Below are positions 1 to 9,138 of a stretch of DNA of 33,928 nt, one piece after another. Source of the stretch: a virus. Its lineage: Duplodnaviria; Caudoviricetes. A model generated the notes under the pieces. The model was not told the DNA's origin. It ran no database searches and was given only the letters and a program-made list of their open reading frames with translations. The stretch spans positions 1 to 33,928 of IMG/VR virus record IMGVR_UViG_3300005611_000110, one strand, 5' to 3'. A program made the position numbers and the translations under genes. Each line of letters starts with the position of its first letter. The first letter of the stretch is position 1.

Positions 1-377
1 CAGATAGTCGGTCGGGGGAATCCGTCGTCAGTTTCGAGATCGTCCAGGTGAAGGAACCTGGAACCGTAGGAACCTTTCTGCGCAATCCCTACGCCGGTGA
101 AGCCATGCCCTAGTGCTACACACAGCAGCTTGTAGGCATCTTCGCCATAAATGGCAACGTCTGCTGCATGACCAGACGTATGCGCGCCAGGCTTTGACTT
201 CCTCGCCTCGATCGGATGATGCGGACAGCGGTACCCTGAAGTGATGACCATTGGTTGACCCCAGTCGGCGCGCAAATTGGTCAGCTTCTCCATGAAGTCA
301 GGGTCCATGCCGTCTTCGTTGCAGCCACACTGGCAGCGCATCTCATCTTGTGTGAAGTACGGAGACTCCCAGCTCAT
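1..377 (-). CDS. Endolysin, peptidase M15 family (3' end truncated by window edge)
   Basis: Not in ORF track. Manual translation from ATG 377: MSWESPYFTQDEMRCQCGC...ITSGYRCPHHP...GAHTSGHAADV...RFLHLDD...PRPTI. SGYRC, HxxGxAAD and HLD are M15 Zn-peptidase motifs; lies next to the holin. Confidence 0.9.
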   Translation of the reverse strand, partial: MSWESPYFTQDEMRCQCGCNEDGMDPDFMEKLTNLRADWGQPMVITSGYRCPHHPIEARKSKPGAHTSGHAADVAIYGEDAYKLLCVALGHGFTGVGIAQKGSYGSRFLHLDDLETDDGFPRPTI

Positions 378-514
378 TTGCTATCCTTCTTTGGCGCAAA
401 GCCGCCTTTCTTCTGCTTCATCTTCTTGTACATCTTTTCGCTGATCGTGCTCTCGCTCTTTGGCCGAGACGTACCTGCCTTGCGGCGCTTGTTAATGTTT
501 TCGTATAAGCTCAT
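374..514 (-). CDS. Small basic protein, 46 aa
   Basis: Manual translation MSLYENINKRRKAGTSRPKSESTISEKMYKKMKQKKGGFAPKKDSK; ATGA overlaps with both neighbours. Confidence 0.8.
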   Translation of the reverse strand: MSLYENINKRRKAGTSRPKSESTISEKMYKKMKQKKGGFAPKKDSK

Positions 515-882
515 TTATTTCTCCTTGCTGATCCGACTGATTCTGCTAAGCCTCCGCCGAAATAAAATGAGACGATGACCAAAACGATCTCGCCAATCCA
601 AAAGTCGCCCAAGATTTGTTTGACTGCGTCAACATCTCCTTGGCCGGCTAACGTCATCCCCATAACCAGGACAAACATTCCCAAAAACACAGCGGTGAAC
701 ATCAACGCCAGGTAACGCTGCGCTAGTTTGAATGGTGCATATGCGGACAACAAGTCCGTTTTTGCCTTGGCCTTTGCCTGGATCTCTTCCTCTGTGCTTG
801 TGTGCATCGAGTCGATCAGGTCCATCCCTTTCGAGATTACATCACCTGATCCAAGCATTTTACTGATGACACTGAACATCAT
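511..882 (-). CDS. Putative holin (3TM/GTA-holin-like)
   Basis: Two clear hydrophobic helices (YLALMFTAVFLGMFVLVMGMTL; FWIGEIVLVIVSFYFGG), xxFYFGG motif, basic C-terminus, beside the endolysin. Confidence 0.75.
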   Translation of the reverse strand: MMFSVISKMLGSGDVISKGMDLIDSMHTSTEEEIQAKAKAKTDLLSAYAPFKLAQRYLALMFTAVFLGMFVLVMGMTLAGQGDVDAVKQILGDFWIGEIVLVIVSFYFGGGLAESVGSARRNK

Positions 883-1061
883 GTGCCTCCTATGTTGTGA
901 TCTGTCTGTACGCAGACAACTTCGTAGTTAATCTTCGGCTGTGGTGCAGTCTGCACTACAAACTCACGCGCCTCAAAGCAGTCCTGCATTGTTGGGTACA
1001 CACCTTGCGGACCGACAATATATCTGTCCGCCTCCAGTAAGATGACGAACAAGATCCACAT
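879..1061 (-). CDS. Hypothetical protein, 60 aa, hydrophobic N-terminus
   Basis: Likely start MWILFVILL at 1061, just after the upstream stop; the ORF-track extension to 1187 overlaps the upstream gene. Confidence 0.65.
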   Translation of the reverse strand: MWILFVILLEADRYIVGPQGVYPTMQDCFEAREFVVQTAPQPKINYEVVCVQTDHNIGGT

Positions 1062-1062
1062 T

Positions 1063-1779
1063 TTACAAATCCTCTTCCAGTAATACGGCGCCAAGATATA
1101 TCGACAGCTCGTTGGTTCCGCTACTCGACTTCGCTTCAATGGTGAAGTCAGTCTTTGGTGGCACGCGGAATGGTACAGCCAGGTCAAAGATCACGTCTTG
1201 TTGGAATGTGGATTCCCAGAACCTGATGATGCGTCCTGTGCTTGACCTGGTGACGCCTCGACTGGTGAGGTACTTGTTTGGGTTGACGGTTCCAGATGTG
1301 AACTGGGCCGTGAAGACATAAAGTGACTGGCGTGCCGGCGTCGTATAGATGATCGCCTGTTCCGTACCATGTTCCGCCTCGATGTAGGCATAGGTTGTGC
1401 CTCCATTTGTCAGGCTAATGTTGCCGACATTATTGCCAGACAGAATGACGACAGTGTTAATGCGAAAGAACGGTACGTTTGTGCTGACAGGTGTGGTGCC
1501 GGTCAGGACAACGATGTCGTCTAGCGCCTCATAGTTTGCGTCGAGTCCTTGGATCAAGATGCTCATGGTGTCTGATGTAGACGATGACACGCAGCTCATG
1601 GTGAGCGCTTCAGTTGGGAATGTGTAGAGTCCACCGCCATTGTTCCAGACAGTTTCGTAGCCGGTCTCAATGGATCGATTGAATCCGAACAGTTGCACTT
1701 GTTGTGCGTCGCCAAGACGCCGGTGTGCCATCTCCAGCTGTGCATGTGGGGACATGATCCCCGACTTAAAATAACTCAT
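1063..1779 (-). CDS. Putative virion structural protein, 238 aa
   Basis: Ser/Thr/Gly-rich beta-type sequence (FGFNRSIETGYETVW...SSSTSDT) in the late operon; coupled to neighbours. Confidence 0.6.
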   Translation of the reverse strand: MSYFKSGIMSPHAQLEMAHRRLGDAQQVQLFGFNRSIETGYETVWNNGGGLYTFPTEALTMSCVSSSTSDTMSILIQGLDANYEALDDIVVLTGTTPVSTNVPFFRINTVVILSGNNVGNISLTNGGTTYAYIEAEHGTEQAIIYTTPARQSLYVFTAQFTSGTVNPNKYLTSRGVTRSSTGRIIRFWESTFQQDVIFDLAVPFRVPPKTDFTIEAKSSSGTNELSIYLGAVLLEEDL

Positions 1780-2210
1780 CCTCTTGCCTCGCTGATTGCC
1801 CAGAGAAACGTCGCAATCACAACCAATGTTGTCAGAACTCCACCGACAATGATCGCAATGTCGATGTACAGTTTCTTCTTGCGCTGCGCTTCACGCACCT
1901 GTCGGATCTTGGCTTGCTTCTCTTGCTCGCGTCGATCCTGGACGAACTTTTCGTATGCGTTCCAGTGGCCGGTCCACATCAGCATCTCTTTGATCTCTGC
2001 CCACTTCTGATCCAGCTCTACCTTGGCAGCATACAGCTCCAGGTCTGATTTCTCTGGGCTACCGGCGTTTGCTTTCTCGACTGCTTGCCTGGCTGATAGC
2101 ATCTTGCCGATGCCAGCAAAGATCTCTGAGATCTCACCAGCATTTTGAGCAGCTGTTTTGACGACTGCGTAACTTGCGTTGAAGGCAGCTATCGCAGTTA
2201 GGGGGTCCAT
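1776..2210 (-). CDS. Hypothetical membrane protein, 144 aa
   Basis: MDPLTAIAA start, coiled-coil middle, one C-terminal TM helix. Confidence 0.7.
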   Translation of the reverse strand: MDPLTAIAAFNASYAVVKTAAQNAGEISEIFAGIGKMLSARQAVEKANAGSPEKSDLELYAAKVELDQKWAEIKEMLMWTGHWNAYEKFVQDRREQEKQAKIRQVREAQRKKKLYIDIAIIVGGVLTTLVVIATFLWAISEARG

Positions 2211-2212
2211 GA

Positions 2213-2413
2213 CTATCCCTTTGGCAGCGACCCGTTACCAGCCAGCCATAACGCCAGGCCAATAACTGCCACCCCTGTCAGCCATGCCATTCTCTTGAGG
2301 ACGTTCTTGCCGACGTCTGCGTAAACCTTATTCAGAGCGACCTCAGCTGCACGTTCCGCAATCGCTTCAATCTGTGAATCGGTCAATGGAATGTTTTGCT
2401 TTTGGTCGCTCAT
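2213..2413 (-). CDS. Hypothetical membrane protein, 66 aa
   Basis: C-terminal TM helix; tight operon spacing. Confidence 0.7.
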   Translation of the reverse strand: MSDQKQNIPLTDSQIEAIAERAAEVALNKVYADVGKNVLKRMAWLTGVAVIGLALWLAGNGSLPKG

Positions 2414-2427
2414 TGCTAAGTCTCCGG

Positions 2428-2730
2428 TTAGCCGTTTGGCAAGTCGTTGTAACCTATGCGGATTGTAACAGTGTCAGATCCATAGTCACCTGTCTTGATA
2501 CCCGCACGATAGTACACATCTTCTGGCTCAAAGCCGACCTCTTCAGCCGACGCAGTGAATGAGTCCACGTCTTCCCAGTTGGTAATGGTGTCCTGGTCGT
2601 ATGACTTCTGCACTGTCACTGTTGAGTCGCTGAGTCCTTGGATCGACAGGCTGAAGTAGCCGGCGCGAATCAAGACTGCATCGGTGAAAGTGTTTTCTGC
2701 GCTGATTGATTTGCTAGTAAGTTCAGCCAT
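2428..2730 (-). CDS. Hypothetical (probable virion accessory) protein, 100 aa
   Basis: AGGAGG SD upstream; acidic beta-rich sequence in the tail region. Confidence 0.65.
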   Translation of the reverse strand: MAELTSKSISAENTFTDAVLIRAGYFSLSIQGLSDSTVTVQKSYDQDTITNWEDVDSFTASAEEVGFEPEDVYYRAGIKTGDYGSDTVTIRIGYNDLPNG

Positions 2731-2731
2731 G

Positions 2732-3004
2732 TCACGCCTCCTGCTCGGCTATATTAGCCATATGAGCTGCATATGCTGCCTGTGCATCAGCATCAAATGT
2801 TGCTTGGATGATCGCCAGCACATCAGCGTCTTGCTCTGCAAGGAAGTCATCGCCTGGTGTGACCACACGGCGGTGAAAGTTCTTGCTGATAGCTACGCCA
2901 TCCTCTTTGATGATCGTCGCAGTGCGAACCTGAATTACTGGATAGCCAGCTTCAGTGCGTACCACCTCAATCTTGTCGTTTATTACTTCTTTCGTGAGTG
3001 CCAT
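2732..3004 (-). CDS. Tail-fibre-associated small protein (possible chaperone), 90 aa
   Basis: AGGAGG SD; MALTKEVINDKIEVV...QVRTATIIKEDGVAISKNFHRRV, a type I recall following DDYEEG fibre genes. Confidence 0.65.
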   Translation of the reverse strand: MALTKEVINDKIEVVRTEAGYPVIQVRTATIIKEDGVAISKNFHRRVVTPGDDFLAEQDADVLAIIQATFDADAQAAYAAHMANIAEQEA

Positions 3005-3056
3005 GTTTTCCTCCTATGGCTTGGACTGTCAGTCACCAGAATCCACTGGTGATAAG

Positions 3057-3650
3057 TTAAACATTGTAGATTACAAAACCTGTGTATATTCCAAAATTCA
3101 ACACATCTGCATCAGTATGAGCAGCAGTGTTCCCAGCGTTGGCGTAACCTAATTTTATAACAGTTGTGCTGCTCTCAACATAGACGGCTTGATTGTTTTC
3201 CCAGTTGGATCCACTATTTCCGTAATAATGCAAAGACCCACCCTGTCTACCGGTACTGCCTGTGGCAAAAGGTAATCCCTCTATGGTCACGTCGCCAGTT
3301 GAAGTTCCTTTGTTGAGTATACGAACATCAAAATACGCATAAACCATGTTTCCATTTTTTGTATATCTGCCGACAGGCCATCCACCAGGATAATATGACA
3401 ATGAAACACTTGCTCCGCCAAACCTCAATACAGGCGTCCATGCGCCTTCTTCATAATCGTCAAATAGCTCGCTTGTGCCAGTTCCAGCGGTTGCTGAGAA
3501 GTCGATGCCGTTGCCAGAAGCAAACGCCAAGTTCGCAACTTGCGTACCGAGGCTTGTAATGTTTGGTTGCGCCGCAGTAGTCAGTGTGCCGCCGATCTCG
3601 TTGAATGTTGGGTTGCGGCCAAAGATGCCGCCATGTTGCTTAATAGTCAT
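3057..3650 (-). CDS. Short tail fibre / receptor-binding protein, 197 aa
   Basis: GTLTTAAQPNITSLGT shaft motif, GIDFSAT...LFDDYEEGAWTP...GRYTKNGNMV...GLPF fibre-tip signature. Confidence 0.75.
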   Translation of the reverse strand: MTIKQHGGIFGRNPTFNEIGGTLTTAAQPNITSLGTQVANLAFASGNGIDFSATAGTGTSELFDDYEEGAWTPVLRFGGASVSLSYYPGGWPVGRYTKNGNMVYAYFDVRILNKGTSTGDVTIEGLPFATGSTGRQGGSLHYYGNSGSNWENNQAVYVESSTTVIKLGYANAGNTAAHTDADVLNFGIYTGFVIYNV

Positions 3651-3661
3651 TGCAGTAATCC

Positions 3662-5197
3662 TTAAAGAGCCAGGTTAATTGTTGCGTCAATAAACACATT
3701 AACAAATGGATTTGACGGTACATTTGTATCATCAAGAATCGCACCCGTTGCCGCATCAAATAAAGCGCAATCTCCGTTTGCGTCGAATGAGCCAACCGCC
3801 GAATAAACAGATCCAACCAAATTTTGAACTTGTACGGGAACTCTAATGCCAGTCGACACAATTCCTGCTGGCAATCCAGTGATAACCATGTTGCCAGTTC
3901 CATTTTTGCTTCTAATATAGACATGAACATTTATATAAAGAATGTCATTCATAATTGAGAAGAAGCCCTTTCTTACCGCATAGGTTACTGCGGGAGTTCC
4001 ACCAAGCTCAAAGGACGGAATAAATGCTTCTGAGTCTGTTGAGCTTATTTGCTCTAGTGTGGCGCCACCTGCAAACGTGGAGTTATAGCTCCTAAGATAG
4101 TTTGGCTTACCTAAATAATTGTGTGGATTGATTATCGTAACCTTAGCGTTATCATTGATATAAAACATTTTGTAGGCTTTGTCTGTTGTTGAGTGAGGTG
4201 GCAGCTGACGATCAATCGCATCACTTATAAATGTCACCTCATCATCTGTGTCTAAACTAATGTAATGAATAAAATCTGTTGGAGCGTCTGAATCACCAGA
4301 TATTTGGTCAAACGCCCTGAAGGAATTTATTGTTGCTTCGTTATTACCTAAGAACTGTATGTACGCGCCTTTCCCAGAATAATCGTATCCAGTACCAAGT
4401 GCCTCATTGATGCCCTCAACAGCACAGCTATTTACCGTTAATCCTCTGACACTATCAAATTTATATCTGCCGTAAGCCCCGACATCTGAGGCGCAGCAAT
4501 TCATCGTAATATAAGAGCCAGAAATGTAATAACCTTCTCTGTTGTTGAATCCAGCTTCGCAAGAGTTGTAAACGGTAGATGTCCCTGCGCCTTGGTATAT
4601 TCTCCCATACCCCACAACATTGCTGACCTCGCTCAACCAACATCTCTGGATGTGAAGAATGTCGTCGCAATTCACGATTGTCAGATCTCTTGCTTTGAAA
4701 TTCTCCCCCGAACCCCTAAAAACCCCATAGGCATTTGTTCTAGATGATCCTCCAGAGACGATACTTAAACTAGATGAGGGATTATTCCCAAATAACGTCA
4801 AGCCAGATATTGACACGCTTTCTGACTTCAATTCTGGTGCATAAGGAGGTGACTCAACATCGTCGTGGATTGAAATAATTGAGTCCAATCCTTGCGAATC
4901 TACGGTGTTTGTTACCTTGTGAATAAGACATGGAGCAGATGCCGCATTGTTTATCACTGAATTTATTGGGCCTCTGATAGATTTTTTTGATGACACTACC
5001 AAAGGAGCCGTAATCTTATAAAGACCTGGAGGGAAGAATATGTCTGTCCCAGAGTCTATAGCTGCTTGCAAGTTTGCTGTAACGTCAAGGTTCTCTGTTC
5101 TTGATTGTACGTCTTCAATTTCTGCCGCAGTCAAAAAGTCAAATACGTTGACCGTAGCTCCATCTATCATCCGATTATTTACTTTGGTCAACGCCAT
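3662..5197 (-). CDS. Tailspike / beta-helix depolymerase (pectate-lyase-3-like), 511 aa
   Basis: VNVFDF...DVTANLQAAIDSG..IFFPPGLYKIT..L N-terminal beta-helix motif; Asn/Ser/Cys-rich ladder; AT-richer than the backbone. Confidence 0.8.
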   Translation of the reverse strand: MALTKVNNRMIDGATVNVFDFLTAAEIEDVQSRTENLDVTANLQAAIDSGTDIFFPPGLYKITAPLVVSSKKSIRGPINSVINNAASAPCLIHKVTNTVDSQGLDSIISIHDDVESPPYAPELKSESVSISGLTLFGNNPSSSLSIVSGGSSRTNAYGVFRGSGENFKARDLTIVNCDDILHIQRCWLSEVSNVVGYGRIYQGAGTSTVYNSCEAGFNNREGYYISGSYITMNCCASDVGAYGRYKFDSVRGLTVNSCAVEGINEALGTGYDYSGKGAYIQFLGNNEATINSFRAFDQISGDSDAPTDFIHYISLDTDDEVTFISDAIDRQLPPHSTTDKAYKMFYINDNAKVTIINPHNYLGKPNYLRSYNSTFAGGATLEQISSTDSEAFIPSFELGGTPAVTYAVRKGFFSIMNDILYINVHVYIRSKNGTGNMVITGLPAGIVSTGIRVPVQVQNLVGSVYSAVGSFDANGDCALFDAATGAILDDTNVPSNPFVNVFIDATINLAL

Positions 5198-5205
5198 GTC
5201 TTACC

Positions 5206-6630
5206 TCACGCATACCCATAGAGTTCGATTAAGAATTGGCCTGCGGTGTATGTGGCATCGCCACCACCTTGACCGACTAAATACAAATACTGGTCTGCTG
5301 CTGGGCTGGCTGCAATTAGATCCACGTCACCCGCAGTATGCGTTCCGCCATTGACAATTTGCGTTTCAGTTAGTGACGCGATTGCGCCATCTTCTACACC
5401 AGTGCCTTCGTCTGCCGCATACAAGTCTATGTCTGTGTCACCGCCAGCAGGGGTTTCGATGCAACGCATTTGCCCAAAGAAGATCGTGCCATTTTGCGCC
5501 GCAGTGATCTGCCCGATATGGCATGGGTCAGCCGTTCCGTCATCGCCAATAATATCGCCAGCAGCATCGCCACAGTTTAAGTCCGTCAAGTCAATAAAGA
5601 TGCGGGTGATAATTAAGTCGCCCTGGTGAATGACTGAAGATTTGTAAAGCGTACTAGTGCCAGTGAATCCTGCGCCTTTTGTTAAAGTCCGATTCACTGC
5701 AAGATCAGCTGCAACGCCAGTGCCGAGTCCAGATATGCCGGTTGATAACGGCAGTCCTGTGCAGTTTGTTAAGATTCCACTCAATGGAGTACCAAGTGCC
5801 AATGATCCTGCGAACAGTCCAGTTGCACCAATCTCTTGCAACGCACCTTCTACAGCTGTAGATGAGTAGTACCCATTAACGTCTGTAATTGAAACTTGAG
5901 AACCAGCTGTGGAGCCGAGATCGTCTACACTAAAAATCGTAAATTCAATAGATGCGTTTAGCGGTGGCGCTTCAGTGAATGTGATATTAGACCCACTAAT
6001 TGAGTATGTATTAACTTCTTGGTGTACGCCGTCAATATAAATTTGCACACTTGATGGATTGGCAGAAAGACTAACTGGCACCTCAAAAACTGTTTGTAAT
6101 CCTGTGCCAGTTGCTCGAGAGGAAAAAATAGCTGTTGGTGTGAACACACTCGCAAAAGATACGTTGACGTCACCATTTGCATCAAACGCTAAAAACGCGT
6201 TAGCTCTATCAGACTTGCTCGGCAACGTCATATTGATGCCGGTCGGATCATACGCCGGCGCCTTGATGCTGCGCTCCACGCGCTCATCGATCTGCTGGTC
6301 GAAAATTGTCAGCGAGTCGAGCTGCTCATTTAGAGATGAGGCACGCAGGTCACCAGCCGTCACAAAGTCAGTAGTGCGCTCAATGTCGCGTGCGCCGATA
6401 ATAACGATGGTGTCAGCTGATGTGGCCGCCACAACAAGAGTGACAGAGCCGGTGCCGTTGGCATTGACTGTCACTGTGTAGTCTGTGGTCAGGGTCAACA
6501 GCGTCGCGTTCTTGTAGACTGCAACGTCTGTTTGATCCAATACCTCAAACGAAAACGCATACGGCCCAACACCAGCTGATCCGGTGTAGGATACTTTTCG
6601 CGCTATTGCGTTGATGTTGTAATCAGCCAT
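5206..6630 (-). CDS. Tail fibre / adaptor (T7 gp17-like N-terminal domain), 474 aa
   Basis: YTGSAGVGPYAFSFEVL...DYTVT...DFVTAGDLRASSLNEQLDSLT N-terminal podovirus fibre anchor; follows the ejection genes. Confidence 0.8.
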   Translation of the reverse strand: MADYNINAIARKVSYTGSAGVGPYAFSFEVLDQTDVAVYKNATLLTLTTDYTVTVNANGTGSVTLVVAATSADTIVIIGARDIERTTDFVTAGDLRASSLNEQLDSLTIFDQQIDERVERSIKAPAYDPTGINMTLPSKSDRANAFLAFDANGDVNVSFASVFTPTAIFSSRATGTGLQTVFEVPVSLSANPSSVQIYIDGVHQEVNTYSISGSNITFTEAPPLNASIEFTIFSVDDLGSTAGSQVSITDVNGYYSSTAVEGALQEIGATGLFAGSLALGTPLSGILTNCTGLPLSTGISGLGTGVAADLAVNRTLTKGAGFTGTSTLYKSSVIHQGDLIITRIFIDLTDLNCGDAAGDIIGDDGTADPCHIGQITAAQNGTIFFGQMRCIETPAGGDTDIDLYAADEGTGVEDGAIASLTETQIVNGGTHTAGDVDLIAASPAADQYLYLVGQGGGDATYTAGQFLIELYGYA

Positions 6631-6666
6631 TTATAAGTCCTCTGAATTGCTTCCTATATACCAGAT

Positions 6667-9138
6667 TTAAGGCGCTTCCTCTAGCACATTACTTATGTCT
6701 GGAGCCCTGTCAGGTTGTGTTTTTCCAGGGCGCCACCAATACTTTTGCCCATACTCGCGCCGGAACCTGGACTCCAATCTCTTCATGTTCGATCTTGCCT
6801 TTGGATCTGCATACAATTGCATTTGATCGAGCACCATTCTTTCTAATGCCAGGCGCGAATACCAAAGCGATGAGCCTGGCGTATACCGACCAGCAAACTT
6901 AATCAGCTCCCTGGCAGCATTAGTATCCTCGCCCTGGGATGCTTCAACCAGGTTACCGACTGTTAGCTTTCTAAGGTCATCAGCGAATCCGACTACTGGA
7001 CCGGCGACTGTTTCTGCCAGGCCACGATCGAATCGGTTGACGTCACTAAATGCAAAGTCACCATAGATCCCTAGGCCGCCGCCCTGGAGAAACGCTGCTA
7101 GCCAAAACGCGTTGTCATCCATTGGACGAGGGTCGCGGCCTTTCGAGATCTCTTTCATCTGCAGCGCCAAGGCGCCCATCAGTGTGGTTGAGATCAGAAG
7201 GTCTGCATAGTAACGACCCTTGCCTTTCACGCCTGGCTGTTGCATGCCTCGAGCGACGTGTGTGTTGATGAGCGTCACGCCAAAGTTTTTGTACATGGCA
7301 AACGATCGAGTGAGCTCACCTGCAATAGTGCCTGGCCGTGTCTCGCCGGTAAGGGCGATTCGGCCACGCAGCGAGCTCGATGGCACTGCAAAGTTTATTT
7401 CAGTTTCAATCATCTCCATCATACGCGTCGCCAGGTCTCGAGCGACTGTCGGCTCCAGATCTGTCCTGGCCTCAATGTCTTCAGCGCGTAGAAACTTGGC
7501 ACCATCATGGTCATACAATTCTGTGCTGCGCATGATGTCCCAGTGATCGGCACGAATGTTGTAACGCTCCATTGTTTTCTGCATGCGCGGATCGAGCTGG
7601 TCAAAAGTTTTGCCAGCGTTGTCGGCCAGGTCTCCCAGGAACTCCATGCCAAAGGCCCACCGCCCTGCGCTAGTCATTGGTGACAGCAGCGATGCACGCA
7701 TTACAAAATCAGAAATACGACGCGTAATCTCTGGTCCAGAGATGTCGCCGACATATCGCATTTGCGCCGCAGCTAATGAGGACCATCCTTCAGCGATTAA
7801 ACCCAGGCGAATTGCCAAGCGCCCTTTTTCGTCAGCTGATAATGGCATTATCAATTTTAGATAGTTCTGCAGCATCTTGGTCTGTGGCAAGCCAACAAAA
7901 CCACGCGCCATTCGGCCAAAGTTAAGGTCAGTGATTGCAGATATTGCAGCTGCACCCAGCTGAGCTGATTGCAAGATCTGACGCAAACCTGCGAATCCTG
8001 CGCCAAACTTACTGTTGATCGGCGCATTGGTTTTGCCGGTCACCGCCATGTAGAAATTATCTAGCCTGGACGCAGCGCTTCGCGCAGCTGATTCTGCTGC
8101 CTCGTCCCCTGCAGCTTGCTTCTGTATCGTCTGCTTTAAGAACTGCACCGTGGATTTTGGATTCGGGCCGAGCACTTCCATCATGGCAATATCACGCGCC
8201 ATATTGCTGATATGCCCCATCATCGCGTCGAATATTTCAGGATTGCCATATTCTTTTTGGTAAGCCGTCCAGGAATCTGCATTTTTGAACACTAGGAATC
8301 GATGATCGAGACGCTGGTTTGCCAGAGATTTACCCTGGCCCATTGCGCCTGGCGTCAATTTATTCATCCCGTCTGTACGAATCGTTTCGTACACGTCAAA
8401 CAATGCCAGCTCCAGGCTTTCCGGCGTGAACTGAACGCCAGTCTTTTGGTCGATCATCCGGGTCGGATCAAGTTTCGGTACGATAAATTCACGCCATTGC
8501 TGAAATGTAGATTTGCGTACTGCAAGCATGTTGTGAGATTGCGGAAATCCCCAGTTTTCTAACTTAGGGATACGCCCGCCAGCTGCGTTAAAACGCGCCC
8601 GGCCATATTCAGCTGCAGCTGCCCAGGCTTCTGCCATTTCTTTAGCGCTGGCGTCCTCAACTTTTTCACCAAACGCGGCGCGAATAAAGTTTTCCTGCTG
8701 CGCTTTGTTTCGAGTTTGACCAACCAGGTTGCGCCTAAAATTGCCCAGGACGTTATACAGTTTCCTGGTCATTGCGTTCTTTACCGCTTGCTCTCGAAAC
8801 TCGATATTTGAGTAACGCGCTAAACCATCGCTTGCAAACAGCGCCTCAGCTGCACGCCCGTAATCCATCTCGCCTTTAATGTTGCGATACGACTCCAGGT
8901 TGATCCTGATTTGCTGCCAGTTTCTTGCCTGTAGCAACTTGCGACGTTTCTTTTCCATCGCTTCGCGCTTGATTGCATTAAATGTATCTTGCGCTGCTTT
9001 GACCTCAGCCGAGCCAGGGGCCATTTTGCCCTTGTAATTTGCGTCGAACTCATCAAACAAATCACGCGCTTCTTTAGCCTGATCTGTTGTGATAGTGCCT
9101 TCTGCTTCAGCGTTATCAATACATTTTCTAAAACTCAT
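6667..9138 (-). CDS. Internal virion (ejection) protein, 823 aa
   Basis: Large helical protein with C-terminal Gly-rich hydrophobic segments (FLQGGGLGIYGDF); last ejection gene before the fibre. Start set at the ATGA overlap (MSFRKC). Confidence 0.75.
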   Translation of the reverse strand: MSFRKCIDNAEAEGTITTDQAKEARDLFDEFDANYKGKMAPGSAEVKAAQDTFNAIKREAMEKKRRKLLQARNWQQIRINLESYRNIKGEMDYGRAAEALFASDGLARYSNIEFREQAVKNAMTRKLYNVLGNFRRNLVGQTRNKAQQENFIRAAFGEKVEDASAKEMAEAWAAAAEYGRARFNAAGGRIPKLENWGFPQSHNMLAVRKSTFQQWREFIVPKLDPTRMIDQKTGVQFTPESLELALFDVYETIRTDGMNKLTPGAMGQGKSLANQRLDHRFLVFKNADSWTAYQKEYGNPEIFDAMMGHISNMARDIAMMEVLGPNPKSTVQFLKQTIQKQAAGDEAAESAARSAASRLDNFYMAVTGKTNAPINSKFGAGFAGLRQILQSAQLGAAAISAITDLNFGRMARGFVGLPQTKMLQNYLKLIMPLSADEKGRLAIRLGLIAEGWSSLAAAQMRYVGDISGPEITRRISDFVMRASLLSPMTSAGRWAFGMEFLGDLADNAGKTFDQLDPRMQKTMERYNIRADHWDIMRSTELYDHDGAKFLRAEDIEARTDLEPTVARDLATRMMEMIETEINFAVPSSSLRGRIALTGETRPGTIAGELTRSFAMYKNFGVTLINTHVARGMQQPGVKGKGRYYADLLISTTLMGALALQMKEISKGRDPRPMDDNAFWLAAFLQGGGLGIYGDFAFSDVNRFDRGLAETVAGPVVGFADDLRKLTVGNLVEASQGEDTNAARELIKFAGRYTPGSSLWYSRLALERMVLDQMQLYADPKARSNMKRLESRFRREYGQKYWWRPGKTQPDRAPDISNVLEEAP

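Noticed and set aside
1-5. Joining the two window ends would fuse endolysin and HNH in frame (...PTI-C-KRDR...)
   Set aside because: One-in-three chance, no terminal repeat seen, and a short missing segment is more likely.
879-2413. Spanin pair among the small membrane genes
   Set aside because: No lipobox-bearing o-spanin or nested gene could be identified.
3004-3059. Readthrough or frameshift fusion of the fibre with the 90-aa gene via the pseudoknot
   Set aside because: In-frame TGA after 7 codons, stops in the 90-aa frame, and no canonical slippery heptamer.
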